This document shows, piece after piece, positions 31,172 through 39,254 of a DNA stretch of 64,000 bases. This DNA comes from Actinomycetota bacterium (lineage in GTDB: Bacteria > Actinomycetota > Acidimicrobiia > IMCC26256 > VFJJ01). The first letter of the stretch is position 1; each line of letters begins with the position of its first letter. The notes under the pieces are model-generated. The model searched no databases, was not told where the DNA came from, and worked only from the letters and a program-made list of their open reading frames with translations. Position numbers and translations under genes: made by a program. Where the stretch lies: positions 10,800 to 74,799 of the forward strand of contig VFJJ01000036.1 in assembly GCA_009886115.1 (NCBI GenBank), written 5' to 3'.

Positions 31172-31186
31172 CCGATGTGACATCGG
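31172..31186. promoter_or_regulatory. perfect 7-1-7 palindrome in the rpf / dehydrogenase divergent region
   Basis: CCGATGTgACATCGG read directly. It lies about 195 nt upstream of the rpf-like start and about 155 nt upstream of the 31339 start. Confidence 0.3.
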
Positions 31187-31338
31187 TCATGCACCGGACC
31201 GACCCCACGCGACGTTCAGGCGACCGCGCCGCCGCAGCACCGACCCGAGCGGAACGCTGCACCACCGAAAGCGCCAGGGGCGCATGGTGATCATGGGGTC
31301 ACCGCACCCGGGAGCGCCGCGGTGCTAGACCTCCGGGT

Positions 31339-31908
31339 ATGCCGGTGTGGTTCGATGTTGCCCAGTACGCCGCAGTCGAGGCGGCCGCCGAGCGACTCAT
31401 CCCGCACGTCGAGGGGCGCGGCCCAGGCGCCCGCCGCGCCGGCGTCGTCGACTACATCGACTCGACGCTCGGCGCGTTCTGCTTCGAACCGCCACGGATC
31501 TGGGCCGGTGGCCCCTACTCGGGTCGGTTCGGGGGCGACGCGAGCTTCAACGACTGGGAGCCCTTGTCGCGCTTGGCCGAGCTGGCCTGGCGCATCCGCA
31601 TCGAGGGGTCGCAGGGGAGGCCCGAGCGGGAGGTCAACGGACCGGTCAGAGGTTGGCAGGACGAGTACCGCGACGGCATCGTCGCGCTCGGCGCCGACTT
31701 CGCGTCGATCGACGACGACGAGCAGGACGTCCGTCTCGCGGCCGCGCCCGAGGCCTTCCGCACACTCCTGCACCAGCACGCCTGCGAAGGGATGTACGGC
31801 GCGCCCGAGTACGGCGGCAATCGCGACGGCATCGCATGGCTGGCGGTCGACTATCTCGGCGACGTGCAACCCCGGGGCTTCACCGACGACGAGGTGAGCG
31901 CGCCATGA
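31339..31908 (+). CDS. gluconate 2-dehydrogenase subunit-3-family small subunit
   Basis: ORF 31339..31908(+). Pattern FDVAQYAAVEAAAERLIPHVEGRGPGARRAGVVDYIDSTL plus C-terminal EGMYGAPEYGGN. The stop overlaps the start of the GMC gene (ATGA). Confidence 0.8.
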   Translation: MPVWFDVAQYAAVEAAAERLIPHVEGRGPGARRAGVVDYIDSTLGAFCFEPPRIWAGGPYSGRFGGDASFNDWEPLSRLAELAWRIRIEGSQGRPEREVNGPVRGWQDEYRDGIVALGADFASIDDDEQDVRLAAAPEAFRTLLHQHACEGMYGAPEYGGNRDGIAWLAVDYLGDVQPRGFTDDEVSAP

Positions 31909-33671
31909 GCGGGCCCGATCGCAGCCGCAGCACCGAGTGCGACGTCGTGGTCGTGGGCTCGGGCCCCGGGGGTGCCACCGCGGCCGATGTTCTCGCGATT
32001 GCGGGATGGAACGTGGTCGTGCTCGAGAAGGGTCGCAACCTCCTCATCGACACCGATCCGCCATACGCCCCAAGGGCTCGCTTCGCGAACGACGAGATCA
32101 AGAACCTGTTTCGGCACTACTACGGTCCCGATCCGCTCCTGGAGCCGAAGACCTTCCGCCGCAATGCATCCGATGGAGCCCGCCTCTTCAGCGGCGAGGT
32201 CAACACGATGCCGTCGATGGTGGGCGGGGCCGGGCCCCACGCCGACGCCAAGCTTCCCCGCTTTCGTGAGATCGACTTCCGGCTCCGTTCGGAGATGGGA
32301 CCCGTCGACGGCGCCGACGTGGAGGACTGGCCCGTCGACTACGCCGACCTCGAGGCCTGGTACGCGCGAGCCGAGCGCGACATCGGAACTGCCGGCGACC
32401 ACAACGCGAACCCATACGCTGCTTGGCGATCGGGTCCGTACCCCATGCCGCCCGGGCCCGACATGTATGGCGCGGTGCTCTCGTCGGAAGCCGCGGCCCG
32501 CCACGGCTTCCATCCCTATCGGGCCCCCTCGGGCGTCAACAGCGTTCCCTACGGCGGACGACCGGCCTGCAACAACTGCGGTTTCTGCATGATGGGCTGC
32601 CCGATCCATGCCAAGGGCGATCCCATCGCCATGCTCCAGCGGGCGCTGCTCACGGGCCGCTGCGAGATCCGCTCCGAATGCGTCGTCACAGAGATCGTCA
32701 CCGATCCCCTGCGGCGCAAGGCTCTCGGTGTCCGTTACCTCGATGCCGACGGTCGTGCCTGCGAGCTGTCGGCGGGTCATGTCGTCGTGGCCGGCGGGGC
32801 GTTCGAGACCCCTCGCCTCATGTTGCGCAGCGGCGACATCGCAACCGGGGGGCTGGGGAACTCGTCGGGCCTGCTCGGGCGCTTCTTGATGTTCCACTTC
32901 CAGACGTATGCCATCGGCACGTTCCCGTTCCGGCTGCACGGTCATCGCGGGCGCGCCGTCACCCATCTGATGGACGACCTGATGGTGCCATCGGCGAGCG
33001 ATCTCGAAGCAGCCCGTTCCGTCGACCTCCCCTGGTTTCGCGGCGGGGTCGTCGAGCACGGCGCGGCAGCTGGGCCGATCCAGGAGGCGATCCACTACCC
33101 GAGTGGAGACCCTCACACGGCGCTGATGGCCGACTCGCCGATGCGCGACCGGGCGTGGGTCTTCACGGTGCAGGGCGAGGATCTTCCCCAGTGGGCCAAC
33201 ACCGTCGACCTCGACCCGGCGGTTCGCGATGTCCACGGCCTCGCGGCCGGACGGGTCACCTACGAACCGCACCGCCACGAGATCGAAGCCGCGCGGCACT
33301 GGGCACCCAAGCTCGAAGCCGTGCTGCGCGAGATGGGAGCCGTCCACACGTTCTGGACCACCTCGCCCAGCGCCGGGGTCGGGTCGTTCGCCGAGCGGAC
33401 CCCTCCCGTCGAGCGCTACGCCCCCACGTCGAGGCACTGGATGGGCACGTGCCGCATGGGCGACGATCCCCGCACGAGCGTCGTCGACCGGCACGGGCGC
33501 TTTCACGACCTCGACAACGTGATCTGTGCCGACTCGTCGGTGTTCACGACCTCGGCCGGCTACAACCCCACCCTGACCCTGGTGGCCCTCGCCGCTCGTG
33601 CGGCGTCGGCGATGGCTGGCCTCCCGGTCACGGTCCCAGTCCCAGTCCCAGTCCCGGCACCGTCAGCGTGA
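31905..33671 (+). CDS. GMC-family FAD oxidoreductase (large subunit)
   Basis: ORF 31347..33671(+) trimmed to ATG 31905 (MSGPDRSRSTECDVVVVGSGPGGATAADVLA...). The C-terminal region has HWMGTCRMGDDP...DSSVFTTSAGYNPTLT. Confidence 0.9.
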   Translation: MSGPDRSRSTECDVVVVGSGPGGATAADVLAIAGWNVVVLEKGRNLLIDTDPPYAPRARFANDEIKNLFRHYYGPDPLLEPKTFRRNASDGARLFSGEVNTMPSMVGGAGPHADAKLPRFREIDFRLRSEMGPVDGADVEDWPVDYADLEAWYARAERDIGTAGDHNANPYAAWRSGPYPMPPGPDMYGAVLSSEAAARHGFHPYRAPSGVNSVPYGGRPACNNCGFCMMGCPIHAKGDPIAMLQRALLTGRCEIRSECVVTEIVTDPLRRKALGVRYLDADGRACELSAGHVVVAGGAFETPRLMLRSGDIATGGLGNSSGLLGRFLMFHFQTYAIGTFPFRLHGHRGRAVTHLMDDLMVPSASDLEAARSVDLPWFRGGVVEHGAAAGPIQEAIHYPSGDPHTALMADSPMRDRAWVFTVQGEDLPQWANTVDLDPAVRDVHGLAAGRVTYEPHRHEIEAARHWAPKLEAVLREMGAVHTFWTTSPSAGVGSFAERTPPVERYAPTSRHWMGTCRMGDDPRTSVVDRHGRFHDLDNVICADSSVFTTSAGYNPTLTLVALAARAASAMAGLPVTVPVPVPVPAPSA

Positions 33672-33701
33672 GGGCACCGGCACCGTCAGCGTGAGGGCAC
33701 C
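33637..33701. repeat. hexamer repeat (CCCAGT x3) followed by a perfect 23-bp tandem duplication spanning two convergent stop codons
   Basis: GGCACCGTCAGCGTGAGGGCACC occurs twice (33656-33678 and 33679-33701). The GMC stop tga (33669-33671) is in copy 1 and the SDR stop tca (33686-33688) is in copy 2. Confidence 0.9.
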
Positions 33702-34549
33702 GGCCAGCCCGGAACGAGGCCGAGCTTCTTGCACAGACGTTGCGCGTAGACGATCGTCCCGGCGTGCTCGTCGGCCTCGGGGGCTGAGGCCAGCCACCCG
33801 ACGATCTCGCCCGGAACCTCCGGCGGAGCACCGTGGTAACCGGCGTCGGTGAACTGCTGAGCGCTGCCCGTGGCCTTGGCCTTCTCGGTGATCACGAACC
33901 CGGGGTCGACGTTGAACGCCCGCACGCCACGGGCGAAGAACTCGACGTGGAGGATCCCGACCAGGCGGCTGAAGGCGGCTTTCGACGCCGAGTACCCGAC
34001 TCCCCATCCGCCGGCGCCGGCCGGGGCCACCGGGTCGTCCGCCGCCGAGGCCGAGGTCATGTTGATGACGTGACCACGGCCGCGCTCGAGCATCTGCGGG
34101 ATCACCAGCTGGGTCAGCAGGAGCTGGTTGAGGTAGTTCCCGGCGATGATCTTCTCGGCTAGGTCGAGCTGCAGGTCGAGGAAGCGGTCGAGCGTCCCCG
34201 GGCCTTGGTAGATCCCGTTGTTGAACAACACGTCGATCCGGCCCCAGGTGTCGATCGCCTGCTGGTAGCCCATCCCGATCGAGACCCGATCGGTGATGTC
34301 GAGCCTGATCGCCAAGGCCTGGCGGCCCAGCGCCTCGATCTCAGCGACGGTCGTCTCGAGGCTGCCCGGGATCGCCAGATCGAGCGCGGCATCCCTGACC
34401 GAGCTGGGCGCGGCTCGACCCTCGCCCTCACGCACCGTTCGAGCCGTGCAGACGACGTCGTAGCCCGCCCGGGCCAGCGCGAGAGCGCCGCAACGGCCGA
34501 TGCCGCGGCTGGCTCCGGTGACGAATGCGACCGGCGTTGATCGAAGCAT
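33686..34549 (-). CDS. short-chain dehydrogenase/reductase (SDR)
   Basis: ORF 33686..34549(-). Motifs: TGASRGIGR, NNG and YSASKAA. Confidence 0.9.
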   Translation of the reverse strand: MLRSTPVAFVTGASRGIGRCGALALARAGYDVVCTARTVREGEGRAAPSSVRDAALDLAIPGSLETTVAEIEALGRQALAIRLDITDRVSIGMGYQQAIDTWGRIDVLFNNGIYQGPGTLDRFLDLQLDLAEKIIAGNYLNQLLLTQLVIPQMLERGRGHVINMTSASAADDPVAPAGAGGWGVGYSASKAAFSRLVGILHVEFFARGVRAFNVDPGFVITEKAKATGSAQQFTDAGYHGAPPEVPGEIVGWLASAPEADEHAGTIVYAQRLCKKLGLVPGWPVPSR

Positions 34550-34582
34550 GGCTCTCCTCGAGACGGTGGGAGACGGTACTCG

Positions 34583-34629
34583 TTCTTTGCGTCTGCGGTC
34601 AGCGTCAGCGCGGTCCTGGACACAAAGAA
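34583..34629. repeat. 47-bp palindromic intergenic element (TTCTTTG...CAAAGAA), copy C
   Basis: TTCTTTGCGTCTGCGGTCAGCGTCAGCGCGGTCCTGGACACAAAGAA. It matches copy B at 38/47 positions. It lies between the acyl-CoA dehydrogenase stop (34646) and the SDR start (34549). Confidence 0.8.
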
Positions 34630-34645
34630 AGCAGGGGGTGGGTGC

Positions 34646-35833
34646 TCAGCCCCGGGGGAGCCCGAGCAAGCGCTCGCCGATGATCGTGCGCTGGATCTCG
34701 TCGGTGCCGCCGGCGATGCTGGCGACCTTCGACCAGAGCCATTGCCGTTGCCAGCGGCCGTCGCCGGGGTTGCCCACCGCGCCAGCCCACAGCGGGCCGG
34801 CCTCGGCGACGACCCGCAGGCCGGTCTCCGAGAGGTGCTGGGTCATGTGGGCCCAGTGCAGCTTGACCCAGCTCGACTCGGCTCCGGGTTCACGCCCACG
34901 GCCCAGGCTCGACAGCGTCCGCAGGTTGTGCATGCGCAGCACCCGCAGGGCCACGAAGTCGTCGGCCAGGGCGTCGGCCACCGCCACGTCGTCGAGGCGC
35001 CCGTTGGCTCCGGCGAGCCGATACAGGTCGTCGAGGAAGATCTCGTGGACGGCCTGCTCCTTGAACGGGAAGGCCGTTCCTCGCTCGTGGGCCAGCGTGG
35101 TCGTCGAAACCCGCCAGCCGTCGTGCAGCTCGCCGATGAGCGACGAGTCGGGCACGAACACCTCGTCGAGGAACACCTCGCAGAACTCGGCTTCGCCGGT
35201 CGCCTGCACGAGTGGGCGCACGTCGATCCCGGGGGCCGACATGTCGATCGCAAGGCAGCTGATCCCGCGGTGCTTACCCGCGTCGGGGTCGGTACGGAAC
35301 AGGCCGAAGCCCCACGCCGCGAACTGGGCGTACGACGTCCAGACCTTCTGGCCCGTCACCAGCCAACCGCCGTCGACGCGATCGGCCCGCGTTGACAGCG
35401 CGGCCAGATCGCTGCCGGCGCCCGGCTCGGAGTAGAGCTGGCACCAGATCTCGCTGGCGTCGAGGATGCGCGGCAGCCATCGGCGCTTCTGCTCGTCGGT
35501 GCCGTGCGCCAGGATGGTCGGGCCGACGTTGTTGACGCCGACCCGGTTGACGGGCTGCACGGCGCGGGCCCGCGCGTACTCCACGTTGAAGGTGGCCACC
35601 TGCACGGGCGCGGCGCCGCGGCCGCCGTACTCACTGGGCCAGTGGATGCCCACCCAGCGGTCACGAGCCATCGTCGACTGCCACTCGCGACCCCACGCCA
35701 CCTCCGCCGCTGTGCGCTCGTGCGGCGGGAGCAGGGCCCACTCGGCCAGCGGCGGCCGGCGCACGTTTGCCGCCAGCCAGGCTCGGACCTCGTCGGCGAA
35801 CGCCGCTTCCTCGGGCGAATACGAGAGATCCAC
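34646..35833 (-). CDS. acyl-CoA dehydrogenase
   Basis: ORF 34646..35965(-) trimmed to GTG 35833 (VDLSYSPEEAAFADEV...), 2 nt after the upstream stop. Motifs: LYSEPGAGSDLAALSTRA, VTGQKVWTS and GGTDEIQRTIIGERLLGLP. Confidence 0.9.
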   Translation of the reverse strand: MDLSYSPEEAAFADEVRAWLAANVRRPPLAEWALLPPHERTAAEVAWGREWQSTMARDRWVGIHWPSEYGGRGAAPVQVATFNVEYARARAVQPVNRVGVNNVGPTILAHGTDEQKRRWLPRILDASEIWCQLYSEPGAGSDLAALSTRADRVDGGWLVTGQKVWTSYAQFAAWGFGLFRTDPDAGKHRGISCLAIDMSAPGIDVRPLVQATGEAEFCEVFLDEVFVPDSSLIGELHDGWRVSTTTLAHERGTAFPFKEQAVHEIFLDDLYRLAGANGRLDDVAVADALADDFVALRVLRMHNLRTLSSLGRGREPGAESSWVKLHWAHMTQHLSETGLRVVAEAGPLWAGAVGNPGDGRWQRQWLWSKVASIAGGTDEIQRTIIGERLLGLPRG

Positions 35834-35835
35834 GG

Positions 35836-37689
35836 TCAGAGCTCCCAGAAGCGTTCGCGTCCGGTGGCCGTGAACGCTTTGCGGAGTCGGGTCTCGTCGG
35901 CGGTCGTGAAGGGGCGAAAGACGGACTCGCCCCGCAGTCGCACGAACACGGGATCGCCCCCACACCGATCAGCCCGGAACTTCTGATGCTGCAAGGCCCG
36001 CACGACGACCTTGTTCGTACCCGTCGACGGGAAGCTCGTCGTGATGCGCACGTACCGGGGCCGCCATTTCGGCCCGAGCGACGGCTGGGAGTCGAGCCAG
36101 GCCGAGAAGGCGACCGGATCGAACGGTGGGGCGTCGGAGCGCAGCAGAAGGCACGCCATCACCTGATCGCCGGCGGCGTCGTCGGGCACGCCGTAGACCG
36201 CAGCCAGCGCGACGTCGGGGTGGAGGCGGACGACCGCCTCGATCGGGCCGGCGGGGAAGTTCTCGCCGTCGACCCGGATCCATTCGGCCGAGCGCCCGGC
36301 GAAATAGAGGAAACCCGCCTCGTCGACATACCCCAGATCGCTGCTCCAGTACCACCCCATGCGGGTGAGGCGCTCGGTGGCTTCACGGTTGTTGTAATAG
36401 CCCTCAAAGGCCCCGGTGCCGCTGGTGTTCACGATCTCGCCCACGCATTCGTCAGCGTTCAGGAGACGGCCTGCGCCGTCGATGCGGGCGCGGGGCAGCT
36501 CGGTCCCGTCGTCGGCGACCACCCGTACGCCCGGACCCGGCACGCCCAACGCGCCCGACGGCACATCGCCATCGCGGTTGACGGCGATGCCGCCCTCGGT
36601 CGCGCCGTAGGTGTCGATGATGTCGACCCCGAACCGGCGAGCCGCAGCTTCGACGACTTCGGATGCGCCCTCGTTCCCGAACGCCACGCGCAACGGGTTC
36701 TCGGCGTCGTCAGGCCGTTCCGGCGTGCCCAGCACGTACGACAGTGGCTTTCCCACGTAGTTGAAGTAGGTCGAGCCGTAGTGCCGGATGTCGGACAGCC
36801 AGCGCGAGGCGCTGAAGCGACGGGCCAGTCCGACGCCGGCTCCGTTGACCAGAGCCGGGGCCCATCCCACCATCAGCGCATTGGAGTGGAACAGCGGCAT
36901 GCACAGGTAGCCGATGTCGTCGCCCGTGAGGTCCATGATCATCCCCATGCGATTCCCGGTGACGAGGAACCTCCGCTGGGTGCAGATCACGGCCTTGGGT
37001 GCGTCGCTCGTTCCCGAGGTGAAGATCAGCGCCCAGATCGTGTCGGGGGCCGGATCGAGCCCGGGATCTGTGGCCGGCTGCCGGGTCAGTGCGCCGGCGA
37101 GCGACTGGTGCCCCACGCCGGGCGTGCTCGCATGCATGCCGTCACCGCCAACGCCGTCGGCCTCGTCGGGGAAGCGATCGAGCAGGTACACGCCGCCGGT
37201 GAGCGCCCCGAGATCGGCGCCGTCGAGCAGGGCCAGGTGCTGGCGCTCGACGAGCAGCGCCAGGCAGTCGGTGTGGGCCAGGTCGCGAGCGAGGTGCTCG
37301 CCGCGACGGGTGGGGTTCAGCCCGACGATCGCCGCGCCCGCCAATGCCGCCCCGCCGAAGGCGAACAGGTAGTCGGGGGTGTTGTCGGAGAGGATGGCCA
37401 CGTGGAACGGCCTCGCCCCTGAAGGGTCGGCGGCGTCTCGACAGGCCAGGAAGAGCTGAGCGAACCGGCACGACTCCTCGAAGAACTCGGCATGGGTCCA
37501 CGCACGAGAGTCGAAGCGCAGGTGCACCCGGGAGGCAATGCCAGGATCACCAGGCGGCCCTTGGGTCAGCGGGCCGCGCCCGGCGTTTCGCCTCAAGAGC
37601 GCAGCCCCGTTGGGCGCAACCATCGGAGCCTGCCCGGGCAGCGGTATCTCGCGCGCGGGCGCCGGGCCGATTCCTGACATCGGCGTCAT
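35836..37689 (-). CDS. acyl-CoA synthetase (AMP-forming, FadD-like)
   Basis: ORF 35836..37749(-). It has the AMP-binding motif IFTSGTSDAPKAV and TYGATEGG. The start is uncertain: ATG 37689 is chosen, ATG 37623 is possible. The track's TTG 37749 lies inside a 15-bp-stem hairpin. Confidence 0.85.
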   Translation of the reverse strand: MTPMSGIGPAPAREIPLPGQAPMVAPNGAALLRRNAGRGPLTQGPPGDPGIASRVHLRFDSRAWTHAEFFEESCRFAQLFLACRDAADPSGARPFHVAILSDNTPDYLFAFGGAALAGAAIVGLNPTRRGEHLARDLAHTDCLALLVERQHLALLDGADLGALTGGVYLLDRFPDEADGVGGDGMHASTPGVGHQSLAGALTRQPATDPGLDPAPDTIWALIFTSGTSDAPKAVICTQRRFLVTGNRMGMIMDLTGDDIGYLCMPLFHSNALMVGWAPALVNGAGVGLARRFSASRWLSDIRHYGSTYFNYVGKPLSYVLGTPERPDDAENPLRVAFGNEGASEVVEAAARRFGVDIIDTYGATEGGIAVNRDGDVPSGALGVPGPGVRVVADDGTELPRARIDGAGRLLNADECVGEIVNTSGTGAFEGYYNNREATERLTRMGWYWSSDLGYVDEAGFLYFAGRSAEWIRVDGENFPAGPIEAVVRLHPDVALAAVYGVPDDAAGDQVMACLLLRSDAPPFDPVAFSAWLDSQPSLGPKWRPRYVRITTSFPSTGTNKVVVRALQHQKFRADRCGGDPVFVRLRGESVFRPFTTADETRLRKAFTATGRERFWEL

Positions 37690-37714
37690 CGTACGCCGAA
37701 CCCCGCATCGCCGA

Positions 37715-37760
37715 CCAGGAGTGAGTTGTGCCCCCCATGAGCCGGACAACTCACTCCTGG
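37715..37760. terminator. perfect 15-bp-stem hairpin between the SDR and acyl-CoA synthetase genes
   Basis: CCAGGAGTGAGTTGT-N16-ACAACTCACTCCTGG read directly. There is no U-tract. Confidence 0.5.
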
Positions 37761-37800
37761 TGGGGCGCTGGGGGGTGGGGCGCTGGGGGGTGGCGGGTGG
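37761..37800. repeat. 15-bp G-rich tandem repeat (TGGGGCGCTGGGGGG x2.6), G-quadruplex-forming pattern
   Basis: tggggcgctgggggg tggggcgctgggggg tggcgggtgg read directly. It contains four or more G4-G6 runs separated by 1-4 nt on the plus strand. Confidence 0.85.
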
Positions 37801-37812
37801 ATCCGACGGGGC

Positions 37813-38715
37813 TCAGGAGCGGGCCGTCGACTGCGCCAGCCCGCCAGGCATGACCATGCCCACCGGCTGCAGATGCTGGCCCAGGGTGGCATCGAAGGCG
37901 TCAGCCACCTGGGACGGCGTCCAGCCACCGTCGCGATACATCCACGAGATCTGGCGCGGGGTCTGGAAGAGCGTGAACGAGTACTCGGTGCGCCCGAAGA
38001 TCTGTCCGTTGACGTGCCCCGCACGATCGGACGACAAGAAGGCGACGAGCGGGGCGTTGAGCGAGGGGTCGAGGTGTGCCGGCGGTTCCGCGTCGCCCAT
38101 GAGCCCCATCGTCATCCGGGTCGCGCCGGCCGGAGCCATGGCGTTCACGGTCACGCCGTAGCGACCCAGCTCGAGCGCCCACACGAAGGTCATGCCCATC
38201 AGGCCGGCCTTGGCTGCGCCGTAGTTCGTCTGGCCGAAGTTGCCTCGGAGGCCCGCCGATGAGGTGATGTTGATGATGCGCCCGTACCCGGCGTCCTTCA
38301 TCAGCGGTGCGGCGTGACGGGAGCAGTTGAACGCGCCCTTCAGGTGGACGCCGATCACGGCGTCGAAATCGGCCTCGTCCATCTTCACGAGGCTCTTGTC
38401 GCGCACGATCCCGGCGTTGTTGACGAGGATGTCGACCTTGCCGAAGGCGTCGACCGCGGTCTGCACGATGCGCCCGGCTCCGGCGAAGTCGGCGACCGAG
38501 TCGTGGTTGGCCACGGCCTGTCCGCCAGCAGCCTCGATCTCGGCCACGACCTGCGCGGCCGGATCGTCGGCTTGGTCGGTCGTGCCGTCGAGGCGGGCCC
38601 CGAGGTCGTTGACGACCACGGCGGCTCCCTCACTCGCCAGGCACACGGCGAACCCTCGGCCGATCCCTCGTCCGGCTCCGGTGACGATGGCGACGCGTCC
38701 GTCGAGCAGTCCCAT
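37813..38715 (-). CDS. SDR-family oxidoreductase (3-hydroxyacyl-CoA dehydrogenase-like)
   Basis: ORF 37813..38715(-). Motifs: TGAGRGIGRG, NNAGI and YGAAKAG. Its partner is a MaoC dehydratase, as in type-2 multifunctional enzymes. Confidence 0.9.
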   Translation of the reverse strand: MGLLDGRVAIVTGAGRGIGRGFAVCLASEGAAVVVNDLGARLDGTTDQADDPAAQVVAEIEAAGGQAVANHDSVADFAGAGRIVQTAVDAFGKVDILVNNAGIVRDKSLVKMDEADFDAVIGVHLKGAFNCSRHAAPLMKDAGYGRIINITSSAGLRGNFGQTNYGAAKAGLMGMTFVWALELGRYGVTVNAMAPAGATRMTMGLMGDAEPPAHLDPSLNAPLVAFLSSDRAGHVNGQIFGRTEYSFTLFQTPRQISWMYRDGGWTPSQVADAFDATLGQHLQPVGMVMPGGLAQSTARS

Positions 38716-38748
38716 GGTGTTCCTCTCCTTGCGACGAGCTCGGCGGGG

Positions 38749-39162
38749 TCAGGCCGCTGCGGCGGCGGTCGCGGTACCGGTCATCACGACCGAGCCGTCC
38801 TGGCGGGTGGCCGTGAGGGCGAGGTCGACCGTGCCGGACGCGGCGTCGATGGCCGTGATGGCGGCGCTGAACGTGAGCGTGTCGCCCGGCCAGACCTGCT
38901 TCGAGAACCGCACCCAGTACGAGCGCATCGCCGTGGGCCCGAACCAGTCCTTGACGACCCGGGCCATGAGCCCGGCGGTGAGCATCCCGTGGCCGAAGAC
39001 CGAAGGGTTGCCGGCCTTGGTGGCGATGGTGTCGTCGTGGTGCATGGGGTTGAAGTCGCCCGAAGCCCCGGCGTAGCGGACGAAGTGCGTTCGGGTCAGG
39101 TTCTCGACCACGAGCTCGGGGGCGGCGTCGCCCACGTTCAGATCGGCAATTCGCGGAGCCAC
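38749..39162 (-). CDS. MaoC-like (R)-specific enoyl-CoA hydratase
   Basis: ORF 38749..39162(-). Hot-dog motif: YAGASGDFNPMHHD...GHGML. Confidence 0.9.
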   Translation of the reverse strand: MAPRIADLNVGDAAPELVVENLTRTHFVRYAGASGDFNPMHHDDTIATKAGNPSVFGHGMLTAGLMARVVKDWFGPTAMRSYWVRFSKQVWPGDTLTFSAAITAIDAASGTVDLALTATRQDGSVVMTGTATAAAAA

Positions 39163-39254
39163 GGGGCGCTCTCCTCGGGTTCGGGACGGCTTGCGGGCCG
39201 GTTCGGCCGGACGAAGTCTGACACCAACGTCGTAAAAGTTCTACCCTGCCGCCG

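Noticed and set aside
30979-31338. Cyclic-di-AMP (ydaO-type) riboswitch upstream of the Rpf-like gene.
   Set aside because: This is expected from known actinobacterial rpf regulation, but I could not find the conserved cores (GGGGUGAAUC, ACGGGGA.CCCA, CAGCUAACCUCGUAAGCG). I found only fragments such as CCGAAC...CAGCTC. I keep it as an open question under findings and do not annotate it.
37690-37749. TTG start at 37749 for the acyl-CoA synthetase (start of the tracked ORF).
   Set aside because: The codon lies inside the right arm of a perfect 15-bp hairpin, and the first 20 residues are low-complexity. Downstream ATGs at 37689 or 37623 fit the family N-terminus better.
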